From Lama guanicoe (lineage: Eukaryota), in NCBI GenBank assembly GCA_013239625.1, contig MU054323.1, forward strand, positions 806,001 through 870,000: DNA of 64,000 bases. The letters are read 5' to 3'. The notes beneath the pieces were generated by a model. The model was not told the DNA's origin, ran no database searches, and saw nothing but the letters and a program-made list of their open reading frames with translations. Each line of letters begins with the position of its first letter. The first letter of the stretch is position 1. The position numbers and the translations under genes are program-made. Below, piece after piece: positions 38,111-51,480 of this stretch.

Positions 38111-39770
38111 CTTCTCTTGGCCTTGGCCACTGCCTTTCCCTCCAAGGGGAAGCCTGGATCCGCCCCTCTGTTTCTACACACAGAATTCCTCCATATCCAC
38201 TATTCCCCTTAAAAAAAAAAGAAAAAACAAGGGGAAAAGGCCCCTTGATCAGTCGCTAGAGGCACACCCACCCTCAAATTAGTGCCTTTGCACTCAGCCA
38301 GATCACCCCAGCCTCTACCCCACTCCCAAATTACTTTGGATTCGGAACCCAGCCTTCCACCCTGCGCTTACTATTAACAGATTCCCAGCGCGGGGGGCCA
38401 CAGTTATCTGATGGGACCACCAAAAAAGTCTTTGCAAGTGCTTAGTCCGAACAACGTAACTACCCTCAAGAGCAAGTCTGCAAAAACACTTTAAAAAATT
38501 CTATGATGCAAGGGAAAGTAGGGGATTACAGCGTCATTGTCATGATCATTGTTTTAAAACATCTGCCATGGAGGCTTTTTGCATTTGAGAGAGAGATTCA
38601 GGAAACCAGAGAGGGCTGCGCGGTGCCAAACAGGTTGTGAGTCAGAGCTCCTGTTGGGGGGGCCCTCCTTCAGGCCCAGGCCTCTAGGGCTTCCTTTCCT
38701 GGTCAGTCAGTTAGAGTATCATGAAACTGTATTAAACCCCGACAATGGGCCTAGCCATGACTGTATCCGTTGCTGCAGGAGGGTGTAGGTTGGGAGCATA
38801 ATGTCCCAATCCTGGAGTGCAGGAGGCTTCAGGAGACCTTTACCAAGTCCTTCCTCTTTATGAGCCCCATGGTCCTCATGCAGGACCCGATGCCATCCTA
38901 GCCTTCTCCAGGCTGGGACCACCCATCAGTCTGAAGAGCTTCCACAAACTGCCCAGCATGGCTCCTGCTCTGGGTTTTGGCAAGAATTCAGACAGGGGTC
39001 AGGAGGGCGCAGTCTAGTTAGAATGAAATAGTCTTCCAATTGGTAGGGGTCCTTCGGCTCAGAATGAAGAAGACTTGCCCTTTGCCATCCGTGTCAGTCG
39101 AGGTACATGAGTCTGGAACAAACCCTGCCATCAATCTTGGTAAAGAAGATCCGCTTTATCTTTGGATGGCTCTACTAGAAAATCCTTCTTGCTACAGCCT
39201 CACGCATATACACACCAAAATTTCTGACTTATTCTGCCCACCTTGAACTTGGTCAGGCTCTGGGAAGGTAAGGACAAGTCACCCGCAGATGCCATTCGCC
39301 CCACACAGCACTGTCATTTCAGACCACAGGAGGACTCCTTACTTTACACCTGTCTGTCTCTAATAACACAGCTTCAGTTGGTGAGAAGAGACTATTTGAT
39401 GTATGAAATTTCACTTCCACACACTTAAAGACGGCTTCTGTTTCCATAATTGAGGGCTACCTGCATGGTACTGCCTAGCCCACTGTGAAATAATAGGCCT
39501 TCTAATTATTAGTTTGGAATTTAATAATTGTTTCGTAAGACACAATAATCAGATGAAATGGTCTTTCAACTCCATCAGTAATACTAATAACAAGTTTAGA
39601 GGTTATTATAACAAAGATTACAGTGAAATTAAACTGTCATTGAGGGTGCAGGTAGGTTGAGATCAAATTTCAGTGGTTTTCATTCACAATATACATTTCC
39701 TAAAATGAATTTTAATATCTTAGTTCAATTAAATCTAAATGGAACTGTTCTAATTTCAAGGATATCCTGG

Positions 39771-39771
<1 letters not shown>

Positions 39772-39817
<46 letters not shown>
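39772..39817. repeat. Perfect (TG)23 microsatellite
   Basis: Directly visible. Confidence 0.95.
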
Positions 39818-39820
<3 letters not shown>

Positions 39821-40914
39821 AAGAGATGTCTTGAGCTTTGACAAAGTGCCAGGCACTGTGCTGAATGATGGAATCAGGACACGTGTCCCTGACCTGAGAA
39901 GTAGACAGGCTGGTTGCCGGCCCAGTTTATGACAAAGTGAAACAGGACACAAAAGAGGGGTGGGGGGACCCAAGACAAGAAGGAGTTTATCATGATTGGG
40001 GAAAACAGGAGCAGATTCCTTTAACCTGAACCCTGAGGGATGAATTAGACTTCAATAGGCAGGACATGGGGTCAAGGACATTTCAGAAGCAGGGACAAAG
40101 GAGAGGCCCTGGTGGGAAGGGGTGCGGGGTGATCAGTGTGTTACGGTCTTGACAAAGTGAGGCTGAAGATGGAGACCAGGAATACCAGCCTGAGAAGGCT
40201 GCGCTGGATCCTGGGAGCTCCCAGGGACTGGGTTTGACTGGAGCCTCAAATAAAGAGATTGATGGCCCAAGGATGCCTGGGGACTGGGGGTGGTTAAAGT
40301 AAAGGAAGCAGTAGTGAGAATGATCAGAGGGAACCACATCATCACCCAGGGACTGTATGCTGCCAGCCAAGGACCAGGTTCTGCTCCCTCACATTTGAAA
40401 ACACATTCTCTGAAGCATCTCCAGTGCTGAGAACAATACTTGGCACAAACCTGTCCACTATAATATTTATTGAATGAGCAATGGAGTTGTGAATGATGGG
40501 CGTCCCCAAGCAACAAGGGCTGTTCCCCTCCAGGGCTGCTCTCCCTCCAGCTGAGATCCATTCTAGGACAGGTGGAACTTTCCTTCCAAATCCCTCCACA
40601 AGTCAGATTTCCCTTTCTCAGCAGAGCTCCTCTGGTTCCTTCGAAAGATCGTTTCTACTTCTGAACCTTTGTTCGTGTTTATACATATATCCGCACCTAG
40701 GATGACTTCCTCCCCCAGCTGCCCAAGACCACTCGTTTCAATGCCAGTGATGCCTTCAGGACGAGGGTGGACTGTGCACTCGCACTTCTGTCCTCTGAAT
40801 TCCTATAAAATTGACAATCTGAGCCACTTATTCCTCTGACTCATTGCATGTGCCAGTTTCTTGAGAACAAGGACCCTATCTGAGCCATAGCTTAAAATCC
40901 CCACTTGATCTGAA

Positions 40915-41050
40915 GTCAAAGCTGAGCATAAGTTCTGATGCTGCCACTCACTAGCTGTGTGAACCTAAGAAACGTAAGCCTTTGGAGTTTTAGTTTTCTC
41001 GTCTCTAAGATGGAAGAAGTAATACTTATTTTAGAAGGTTGACATGAGGG
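40915..41050 (+). mobile_element. MIR SINE
   Basis: ctgccactcactagctgtgtgaacct...ttagttttctcgtctctaagatgga. Confidence 0.75.
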
Positions 41051-41087
41051 CTGATGTCAACTCTTAGAAGCTGTGAAAGAAAGAATA

Positions 41088-41139
41088 GTGTGTATGTGTG
41101 TGTGTGTGTGTGTGCGAGCGCGCACGCGCACGCACGTGT
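41088..41139. repeat. (TG)n-(CG/CA)n alternating purine-pyrimidine tract
   Basis: gtgtgtatgtgtgtgtgtgtgtgtgtgcgagcgcgcacgcgcacgcacgtgt. Confidence 0.9.
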
Positions 41140-41904
41140 TGCCTCCTAGGGCCTTGAATGATGCCGGGTGTATAAAAAGTGCTCATTGCAGACTTGGTGG
41201 TAAGTGGGTTGATTTATCAGTGAGGGCTTGGAGTGGAGGCTGAATCCCTACACGGCTCACTGCCTGTTAGGCCGCGGGAAGGAGTCTTTACGTTGCCCTC
41301 CCTGTTCACTTAGCTCCCCAGGAGTTACACAGTGCTTTCCCTCTGGCATGACCAGAATGGCTTCCAAAGGCGGTATATTTTCTTGCCAATTACAGACCAG
41401 GGATCCTTTATGTAACTAGGGGTTTCTACGGAAACATGGCTCAGGCTTCAGAGGGAGCATAATAGATTTGATTATGAATATTGAGCCAATTTTCACGGCT
41501 GACATACTGCACACTTCCTTGTTGCAAAAGTCACAGCCCAAATTATGTAGAAGAACTTGGTAATGGCTGGAAACCCTTGCCTGTGGCTGAATGGGAGCCT
41601 ATGGCTTAAGAAAGCTGAATTAATCACTTTTTAAATCACTGCGCATGTCAAGCTCTTTCAGACCTTCCCCGTCTTTGCACATGGTTCTCCTCTGCCTAAA
41701 ATGATTTTTCCTCCTGGTGCATTTCATTGAGTTTCTACTCATTTTTAAAATTCTTGTTCAAAAGTAACTACTCTAAAATGCCTCCTTCAGCTCTCCAAGA
41801 CCAAGTCAAATGTTTTATTTTTCTCTTGTGTGCTTTTTATAGTATTGCATTCATACCTTTATCATTTCACTCTCAAGGGTATATGGATCTGATAAATTTA
41901 TATA

Positions 41905-42535
41905 GAGTTGATTTTTGTTACTCCTAGCAACTATGTTCTATGAAGTCACCACAAACTCTGAGCTAGCAAATACTGAACCATTGCCCCTAGGGGAAATTCA
42001 GGATTAGGATTCTGTGAGCTTCTGATCATAACATTTTCACCAATTCCTCAATCTTCCATGTGTGTTTCTGCTTCAGAACACCTTATTTAATGTGTATTGT
42101 TGATTCATTAACATTGAACTCACAGTCAACAGCGCTGTAACTTATGCTAGAAGGAAGCCTGCCTAACACATTCTGTCCATAAGCCACAGCACCACCTTCT
42201 CCCTCTTAGCCACAGTAGACAACACTTCAGCACTGTGCCTGGGGGCCGCTTTTGACGGTGAAACCACCAACAAAAAGCACAAAAATATGAAAAACATGGC
42301 ACTACATTGACCACAAAAAGGGCACTTGTTTCCAGTATGACAGCAGAAATAAGAAGGCAGAACTTTGCCTCATTCGACCTCAGCTAGGGACGTGCTGGTT
42401 GGTAACAAGTTTTTGCTGCTGGGTGCATGTTGACAAATGACACAAAAGCACCTGGAGTAGTAATTTTGAGGTTACAAATAAATTTTGGCAAGTAGGCAAA
42501 TTCACCAATACAGAATCCACAAATAATGTAGGCTG
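41905..42535 (+). mobile_element. MER82 TcMar-Tigger element, near full length
   Basis: ctatgttctatgaagtcaccacaaactctgagctagcaaatactgaaccattgcccctaggggaaat...ttgattcattaacattgaactcac...gtaggcaaattcaccaatacagaatccacaaataatg. TA precedes the 5' end. Confidence 0.85.
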
Positions 42536-43289
42536 TGGGTGCCTCTGCACTAGACTATGAACTCTGCATCCGGGAGCTCCGTCTTATTGGCCATAGTGTC
42601 CTTCCAGTGCCTCAAAGAGCCCCTGATACATAAAACAATTGATGCTCAATAAATGCCAATTGACTGAGTGAAGCATTCAATGCAGTCTTGCATTTCTTTA
42701 GAGATTTTCCCAATCATTTAGAAACTTATATTAATAAAGCATCAAAATGTCTCAGGTCTTCTCCCATATGAACGTCAAGGACCTGATCAGGTTCCTGTCA
42801 ATCACTTGAAAAAGTTCTGCTTTTGAATGCAAGGAACATTCTTTTTTTTTTTTTTTTTTTTTAGCCTACCACATCTTTTTATTCCTGCCACAAAATTATA
42901 CATTTTATTTATTCTTAAGACTTCTCATATAATCCCTTGGGATGTCAAAAGTCTAGATGAGGTTGAGATATCTTGAAAATTTTAGTTTTGAACTTGTAAA
43001 GAAGAATTCTGAATGAAGTAGATCCCTCATGTGTGGCAAGTCTGGGTAATATGGATATTGGCTTCCAAGATGGGTAAAAGATTATAAACACCATCCACCC
43101 ATCTCCCCTCAAAGAGAAGAGGCAGACAGTAATTTTCCAGATTCTGGAAAAATAGAGTCAAATGATGGTCAAGAATGGAGAAAAATTACATAGTCCAGAA
43201 ACTGAAAGTGATGAAGTTCATTGGTAGTAGGGAAGGAAAGTGGACACCTGGCAGCAGAGAAGAGACAGGGGCCCTGCAGGAGTTTTTCA

Positions 43290-43520
43290 GTGAGGTCAGG
43301 TTTAAATCTGGGCTCCTCTCCTCCACTTACGGCAGCATGGCTTTGGGCAGGACTTCCTTCTTCCTTGTTTCTCATATACATAAAATGGGGGAAATAGGAG
43401 TTACTATAAAGGATTATTTATGTAACTGTTATTTATTGAGTGGCTACTGTGTGCCAGATAGAATGAGACAATGAATGTGCAGATAGTGAATGTGTACCTA
43501 GCACAGTGCCTAATGTAACC
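43290..43520 (+). mobile_element. MIR SINE remnant
   Basis: ccacttac...tttgggcagg...tttctcatatacataaaatggggg...gcacagtgcct. Confidence 0.65.
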
Positions 43521-44489
43521 CAGCTAGCAAACTTAAAAAGTGTTCTTAATTATTTGCAGAAATTCATTCCTGCTTTCATCTTCTCTCTCTTCCCTCTCTT
43601 TCTTTCCCTGATTTGCAAGAATGTGTGACTTCCATTCTCTTTGAACTCCAAACCCTCTGATACTTTTTCGTAGGTCAGTTGATCTCAGTCTGTGGCTGAC
43701 CAGGTAAATGCAGAAGTTGCTGATTGCATCAACTTCTGGCACCTTTGACCAAATGAATCAGCCCTTCTAGGAGACTCAGCCTCACCACCCACAAAGCTCA
43801 CACCATCTCCAAAATCACCATCAACAAAGCAATGACACATGTAAGAGGGCCTTTGAGCAAAGGCTGAGAGCATTTTATAGGCACAGCCGACTCATGTCTG
43901 CAGCATCACCAACAAGTAAGTAGGGGTCACTTCTGACTATACCCATTTAATAGCCAGGGAAATTAAGGCTTGATGTAACTTGTTCAAGTCATCAACTGAG
44001 TCTCAGTCACAGCCGTGAAAATAAAACGCAGGTGTCATGGTTCATGGTTTAGGATTAAGCTTTGAATTCCTTGGACAACCAGATCTTCCTTTTCTTTACA
44101 GTTTCTTTGCAGGAAATTTATCAGTGAACAAGCAGGCAGGTTGATTCAGACACAGGCCAGGATTCTCTTTCTTGCCCTCAGAGACTGTGTCCAATGTAAG
44201 GAGCTGAAAACACAGCTGGGTACTAGGATGATGTTAAATTTCCTACCAAACAGAATGGCTAACTCTACAGAGCTTCCTTACAAGCACTGCTAGCAATATA
44301 TGAATGTTTTTTGTTTAAATGCATGTAACTGCTATGTGTGACAATTACATAAATGGCTGTTTTAATGGTTTTCTTCCTACTGTGTTTGCCTTTGGACTCT
44401 TTAATCACTTGAGAAACGTCTTAGAATAGTGATGCTAGCAGGAACATTGATATATTTAGAACTCATATTTATCTTCCTTTTTTTTTTTT

Positions 44490-45175
44490 CATCCTCCCTT
44501 GAACCATTGCCCAGATCAACCCCTTCCTTATCAGCTCTCGCCTGGGTTATTTTGACAGCATTCTGATTGGTCCCCTGCCTTCATATTCAGCTCATCCAAC
44601 CCACTGTCCATCCTGGAGCTCCAGTGACCTTTCTAAGAGACTTATATGGTCACGGCAGCCCCCTTATTCAAACCCCTCAGGAGTGCCCCAGGACAAAGCC
44701 TTCCATTCTTTGGAGGACTCATACAGTCACTAATCATCTGTCCTTTTTTGTTCTTTCTGCTGCATTTTTTCTACTCTTAACTCAATTATATCATTCCTCT
44801 ATTCCTTTGTTCCTGCTATGTCCTCTTCCTGGAATGCCCCACTCTCCCTTGTCAAATGGATGAACTCCAAGTTATTCTTCCGGCGGGGGAGAAATATCAC
44901 CTTGTAGTGAAGTACTTTCCAAACTCTGATCCTCAGGATACGCAGGCCCAGTAGTCACGTGCTTTATCTCACAGCGTTTTAATTCTGCCCATCACTTCCT
45001 GAGCTCCTGGAATTTATGGATGTTATAGATATTATATATGTCATACATCTCATATAAACGTATAGGTACATGTATGTATATATATTTTATATATATAATA
45101 AAATATCTGTGTTCCCAGTGCTTGAAATGTAATGTACACTTAATGCTAAATGTTTATTGAGTTGATCTGAGTTAA
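44490..45175 (+). mobile_element. L2 LINE remnant with internal AT-rich low-complexity tract
   Basis: tctcgcctgggttattttgacagcattctgattggtcccctgcc...cctcttcctggaatgcc...ctgtgttcccagtgcttg...aaatgtttattgagttga. Confidence 0.7.
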
Positions 45176-47051
45176 ACTGAATCCCTCAAAATCCAGGGAT
45201 TAGAAAAATTGCCCTTTCAAGCTATTTCTGGAAAAGTAGAATTTAAAAGTGTCATCAATCCTGGAAGAACATTATAGGATCCTTTTCATAGAAAATCAAT
45301 CTCAAGGTGCTTTTTTTGTGTGTGAATAAAACAAAACTCCTACCACGTGCTTCTCTAGCTGTGCAATTTTAAATAAAATCCACATTAGTGATTATTAATC
45401 AAATCCAACAAATCGTTCTCAGCTTCTGATGTTAAAACACTTCCTTTTGTCATGTGCCAACACCTTACATTTTCTTTGTTTTAATTATACTAAGCATCTT
45501 TTTGTCCTTCCCAGGACACTTGCCTGGGAGGCTGGGGCAAGCTGTAAATAATAGTCATCACCATTATGAGGCTTATTATTTGCAGATTCTATTTTTAGAG
45601 CTGAGGACTAACTCACAAGCATATCAACTATGACCCCAATAGAGATGCAGTGATTTCTTGGGCTCTTGAATATTTCACCTGCCTCATTAGTGTCACTCAT
45701 GTGGTGTGACTGCTCAGATGGCAGCTGCTTCATCTGAGAAACTCCATCAAACTGCTTCCCATCTGTTAATGGGAGAGGAAGTGGAAGATTTTTAAAAATA
45801 CGGTGATTTTTCTGTTGTTACACATAAATGCAAATGCAGTTGGGTTTCCGACTTCCACATTTCATCTCTACCCAGCCTTTCCCGAATTTATTATTCATTT
45901 GTTTGTTTTTAGAAATAAAAGGAACATTACCTTTCATAACATATGTTTAGCCATTTCAGGGTCTGTGAAGGATCTCAGGGCAGAAGGGGCCTCTGAGAAA
46001 CTGAGGCCCAGGAAGGAAAGGTGATTTGGAAGTAAACGGAAGAGGTGGGATTTGAAACATGGTGCACTGGTTCCAGGCTGGTTTCTCTCTCTGGTACCGA
46101 AATTCTGACTTGAGCACTAACGTGTCATCTTGTTGTATATCTTTATGTAGATTTTCCTGTTTTCTCCATAACTTCTCATAAATCCCTGGACTACTCTATT
46201 GGCCTGCATTGGGGCTTCACCCAAGAGGGACGAGTCTATCTAGAGAAAGGTCCAGGCTGATTCCAGAGACAAGAATCTGAAACTGCTATTGTCAACAGAC
46301 AGAGAGATCTGATGGGAAGAGCGTGTCCTAAATCCTGGGTGCTAGAAACAGCTCTGCTTTATTTGCTGTCTGATTTGGGGGCAGGTGAGTAAACTCCTCT
46401 TGTTTCAGTGTTTTTCTTTGTTCACATGGGTAATGAAGCCTGCCCTGCCTACCCAAGAGGAATTTTGGGAGAATCAAACGGAATGACAGATGTGAAAGGA
46501 CTGTGTGAAAAAGCTGACTGAAACGTCATTATCTCATGTAGCAGAACAACTCCAGCAGAATATTTCGCTTCTGTTCGTTGCCAAAGTGGCACGCGTGGTT
46601 ATTCGATGCTAATTTCCTGGAGATGGTCAGGTTTTCTTTGTCCTTTATTTCTCTCCTTCCAAACACCACCGAAGTTTGGAACAAATTTGGTCTTTTTACA
46701 ATTTCAGGATTTACTTAGCACTTACCGTATGTCAGACACTCTGATAGGTGCTAGAGGTACCAGTAAGGATGCTCTTGTGAACTCACTGTCCAGGTGGGAA
46801 GTTAAACATGAAAATACCTAAGAAATTGCCTTGTGAGTATGAGAAGTCTGCTAAGGAACCGAGGGACAGGCATTTAACATAGTCTGTGAGGGGGGCTTCC
46901 AGGAAAAATTGTTTTTTGTTCCTGAGTAGGACTGATTCAGGGGAAGAAAAGGGAAAGTTAGAAATCACGAATACATCAGGATGTGGATTTACTTGGGGTA
47001 TTGTGAATACTTCGGGTTGACAGTAGATTTGGGAATGAGATGGTAGATTTA

Positions 47052-47205
47052 TTTATTTATTTTTATCAATTTATTTTTTCGTGGGGAGAGGTAATTAGGT
47101 CCATCTATTTTACTTACTTTTAAAGGAGGTACTGGGGATTGAACTCAGGACCTCATGCAAGCTAACTAAGCATGTGCTCTACCACTTGAGCTAGACCCTC
47201 CCGCC
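47052..47205 (-). mobile_element. tRNA-derived SINE resembling the camelid Vic-1 family, with a 15-bp TSD
   Basis: ggggagaggtaattaggt...ggaggtactggggattgaactcaggacctcatgc...catgtgctctaccacttgagctagaccctccc. The minus strand has tRNA-like A-box and B-box (GAGTTCAATCCCC) motifs. Flanked by gagaTGgtagattta (47037-51) and gagaCAgtagattta (47206-20). Confidence 0.85.
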
Positions 47206-47589
47206 GAGACAGTAGATTTAGATGGCGGCCATTACGGGGATTCTCTGGTCTTCTAAGGAGCTTATCCTAGCTGTTGAAAGCAAACAGGAATTTATCATTA
47301 AAGTTTGATTTCAGCATGCATCCGTTTCCTCTTTGCTATCTTTTGTCCTGATCTGAGCGCTGACGGTCTAATTCACACTAAAAAGTAATGATTGAGAAGT
47401 GCTTATGCCATTCTAGGGAACACGGATACAAAGGATAGTATGACAAGCATTCATGTTCCCATCACCTAGGATAGTAACATTGTGTTATTAGTGCTTCGAT
47501 TTTTTCTATTCAATAGTAGGATATCAACGATCAACTGGGAGCTCTTATGCTCCCATGGGTAGTAGAAGCTTTTCCTGCTGAATCACTCC

Positions 47590-47735
47590 TGGTTCTTCTC
47601 TCCTCTGCCCACCGGGAGGACGACACTTCTCTGCCCCTTTTACAGCATCATCTCACCAGTTCTGGCCAATGGTTTGTGGGCAGATGGGCGTCACTTCCGG
47701 GTTGGAACACTTAATTACCAACGTGAGCCCTTTAT
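47590..47735 (+). mobile_element. MLT1J-like LTR fragment
   Basis: ccagttctggccaatggtttgtgggcagatgggcgtcacttccgggttggaacacttaattacca. Confidence 0.55.
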
Positions 47736-47989
47736 TGTTTCTCGTTTCCTTCTTTTTGAGGAGGGTATTATGTTTCCATTTTTTCTAGTTTTTTAAATAG
47801 AAAACTTGACTCATTTTTATTTCTGAATGAATGGATTTAACAAATTATCTTCTAATTGCTGTTTAGTTATACCCCATCAACTGTGATATGTAATCTAAAC
47901 ATTATACAGTGTAGCTCTTCCTTTGTTATTAGGTAATAAACATTTATAACTTCTACTTGGCCTTCTCTTAAAAGCAATGGGAGTGTGTT

Positions 47990-49010
47990 TTTCAGTTTTG
48001 AAGAATTTTCATTTTGCAACGTTTCTATCAACATTATCTTCAAGCTTACCAATTCTTTCCTCAGCCATGTCCAGTCTACTGATGAATCCATTAAATGCCT
48101 TCTTCATTTCTGTTACAGTGTTTTTAATGTCTAGCATTTTTTATTCTTTCTTAAGAGCTTCCCATCCATTCTTGCATGTTGTCTAGCCTTTCCACTAGAA
48201 TGTTTAGCATATTAAATTTTAATTTCCTTGTCTGATAATTACAAAATCTCTCATATCTGAGTCTGGCTCTAACACTTGCCTTGTCTCTTCAACACTGTTT
48301 GTTTGTTTTGTGTGTGTATGTGTGTTTTTATTTGTATCTCATTTTTTGGTATTTCTTGTAAAATTTATTTTTGAAAGCCTACATGATACATTAGGTAAAC
48401 AGAACTGAGATGTGGGATTTTACATTTATCTGGCTAGGAGTTAGGCTCTGGTAATTTTTCCTGTAGCTTTGGTGTTAGAGGCTAAAATTTCTTCTAGTGT
48501 CCTTGTTTTGTGTCTCCTGTTACCTTTGAGTTTCCTTAGAGACTCCTTCTTAAACAGGGTCTGAGTCTTGCAGTTCTTTTGGCTATAATCTCTAGCTATT
48601 ATATGAGAACCTTGGTGATGGTGTGGTAAGATGCTGGGAAAGGGGAAACATTCTATAATCCTATAATTACATCTCACTCCTGTAAGTGAGGGGGCCCCTC
48701 TAAAGCTAGGTCCCTAGGAGTTTCTCTCAAGCAAGTCCTCGCTTAGCTTCCAGTAGTTAGTCAATTGCTAGCTAAGTGTCCTTATGGGGCTCACATGCAA
48801 CTTCTGCCTTCTGCTTCTAGTAAGCTGTGAATCTCTGCGTCTGCCTGTCTCTCCAGTGTTCCGGCCCCATAACCTCAGTTCTCTAATAGATCTATGACAG
48901 GTTGCTGATTATCAGGTTGTTCAACTTTTTTGTTGTTGTTGTGCAGATGGGAGTGAAGCTTTTAAATTCTTTTCATGTTGAACTGGAAATTGGAACTCTC
49001 CAGCTTTGAA
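47990..49010 (-). mobile_element. Old L1M 5'/ORF1 region fossil
   Basis: tcttcaagcttaccaattctttcctcagccatgtccagtctactgatgaatccattaaatgccttcttcatttctgttacagtg is typical of reversed L1M ORF1 coiled-coil sequence. Confidence 0.75.
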
Positions 49011-49033
49011 ATTAAAAAAAAAGAATATATACT

Positions 49034-49061
<28 letters not shown>
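49034..49061. repeat. (CA)14 microsatellite
   Basis: Directly visible. Confidence 0.95.
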
Positions 49062-49066
<5 letters not shown>

Positions 49067-51349
49067 CTCATCTTTTATATATATATAGTTTATTTTAGTT
49101 TTACTTGCATTTTCATCAAAGAACACATTTTCATTTGTGTCTTAATACATAGTTATTTTTAGAAACAGTTCCTGTGCACATGGAAAGAATGCATAGTGTC
49201 CATGTTTGGGGTGTTACGAATTTTTCATTGACTTGTATTTCTAGAATTTATTTTTCTTTTCTCATATGGACTTTTCCTTACAGTGTGATTTCTATTGGCT
49301 TTTCTATCTCTGCAAGCATTTAAAACACTTAAATGCTTAAAAATTGTCCCGTTATCTCCAGGATTATTTGTTGTTCCTCTTGCCTCTTCTTCCTGGTCAT
49401 TCATCTTTTCATATGGTTTGTGACTTTGGCTATGATCTTGTCAGTGAGGATGTTTTTCCATGGGACACACGTGTGACTTGCTTTAGGTGACAGTTTCTCA
49501 TTTGCATTTGCTGGGACCTTATGGATTTAAGTGTACTGGACTAATGTTCATGTTAACCTATTTCTTTTGGGTCCTGAACTAAGGTGGCTTAAGCTCGAAC
49601 CCCTTACTGTGTTCCGATTATTCGCATGTGTGTCTATTTCATCCCCTGGCCTAGTGGATAGGAAGCTTTATTACAGCGTTCTTGGATTGCAGGCAGTGAT
49701 TTTCTTACAAATGGCGTAGTGCTAGTGGCTGCAGAATCAATTCAGGCCACTCAGTCCCAGCTGCCCACCCACATGGGGTTGCTGGCTGGATTTCCCTCTC
49801 TGTGTGGGCATTAGTCCCTAGTCCCAGCTGTTAAAGCCTGTAGCAGGTTACAATTTCCCTGACACTTTTCAGTTTTCACTGTCACTTACCAATTTTAAGA
49901 TTCCTCTCTTAATTTTTTTTCAATTTGGAATTTTTCTTTCTTGATCTCAGGGTAGGCTGTGAATTTACAATTGCTAGCTAATGTGTTTTGTTTTTCCATT
50001 TAAATCCAACATTTCTGTCTTGTTTTGAGTAAGGGCAGTAGACACTCCACTGCAGCCCGGCTTGCCTTACTTTCTAGAGGATGAGACATGCATATTCTGA
50101 AAGGGACACACAAAACCTGCGAGCAGATCCTTAAGGAAGGCTCTCTCGTGGGTGGCCAGAGAGCCTATCGGTACACTGGGAACACTGGTCCAAAGCTAGC
50201 TTATTCTTGACTCTCAAATCATGCCGCCAATTTAGTCAAGAGTCAGCCCTGCCTGGTGACACACCTAAGGCTTCCACTACCGCTTTCTTTTGGCTTCTGA
50301 AGTCACTGAAGTCTATGCCTGACTCTGCAGGACCCATCCAGCTAATGGCCGCTAGGATTCCAAGGAGCCACTGTCGCCTCAATGTGTGCCCAGCCCCCCG
50401 TGAAGCCCTCTGTCCAGGCCTCCGGGAAGAGGCGATGCCTCCACTTTGAGCTGCAGCCACATTTATTGCTCCAGATGTTCATGCCTTTAGAACAAATGTC
50501 CTCTTTTTCTCAATCTGGGTCAGTCCCTAGGCTTAGTGACGGTAGCTAGAATATGTGATTGAAGCTAAAGATACCTGAAAATAAAAAAAAAAAGACTTTT
50601 TCTGTTCCCAAACTCATAAATGTGAAAAGAAAAAAAGTTATCACTCTAGTGTGATGCCTTCAGGATTTTAAGGAAACATATCCTTTAGTCCACATTTTAA
50701 AAATTGGTTCCAAACCTCATACCCTGAGGTTACCAAGTAAGGAAAGTAATACTCTGTAAGTTCATTAGTCTCTAATATGATTTTTCTCCTCATTTTATTT
50801 CTCAGTGAGGAAAGATTCTCCAAGTGATGTATTTCAGAGGCTGAGGAGAAATTATGATTGGTTTCTTCATGGTTATTATCAACCGTAAGAGAAAAATTCA
50901 GCGAGTTGGCGATTTTCAAAGAAGTGGAGAGATTGCTTTGTTAATATCTATTCAGTTTATTTTCTATTTGAGGAACTGAAAATTTGAGTGTGGCTGCAGT
51001 GGACTGACTGGAGAAAGCGTATACTGCAGTACAGCGGTATTCCCCATCAGCAGAACTGCTTTGAAGTTGGTGATAGTGAACGTGGGAATGTGAGTAAGAT
51101 CTCCAGCCTTGTTCTCTAGAATTGCATCATTGTCCTAAAAAATCACTATTGTCATCAAAAGAGCACTTATTAAATGAGCATCTGTGCAGAATTCTTTGCA
51201 ACGGGAGAAAATATACAAAGGCCCAATCAGAGACGATGAATGAACTTGTTGATGGTGTTAAAGAGAGACGATCAAGTTACTCAGAGGATACACAGATACC
51301 TGAACTTACATAAAGAACTGGTGTATTGAATTTCTCTGTGGGCCCAGGG

Positions 51350-51480
51350 AATGTGTTGGAAAAAGTACTGGCATGAGAGTCCAGAGAGCTGGGTTTCAGT
51401 CCAAGTTTTGATACCACTCAGTTAGGAGAACTTGGGAATCACCCAGCCTCCCTGGGCTTCACTTTCCTCACGTGAAGTTG
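51350..51480 (+). mobile_element. MIR SINE
   Basis: gagagtccagagagctgggtttcagtcc...ccctgggcttcactttcctcacgtg. Confidence 0.65.

Noticed and set aside
37467..38282. 271-aa + strand ORF and overlapping Ala/Pro/Gly-rich ORFs
   Set aside because: Stop-codon scarcity in a CpG island, low-complexity translation and no recognisable domain
47100..47205. tRNA-like A/B boxes
   Set aside because: Part of a SINE with an A-rich tail and TSD, not a tRNA gene
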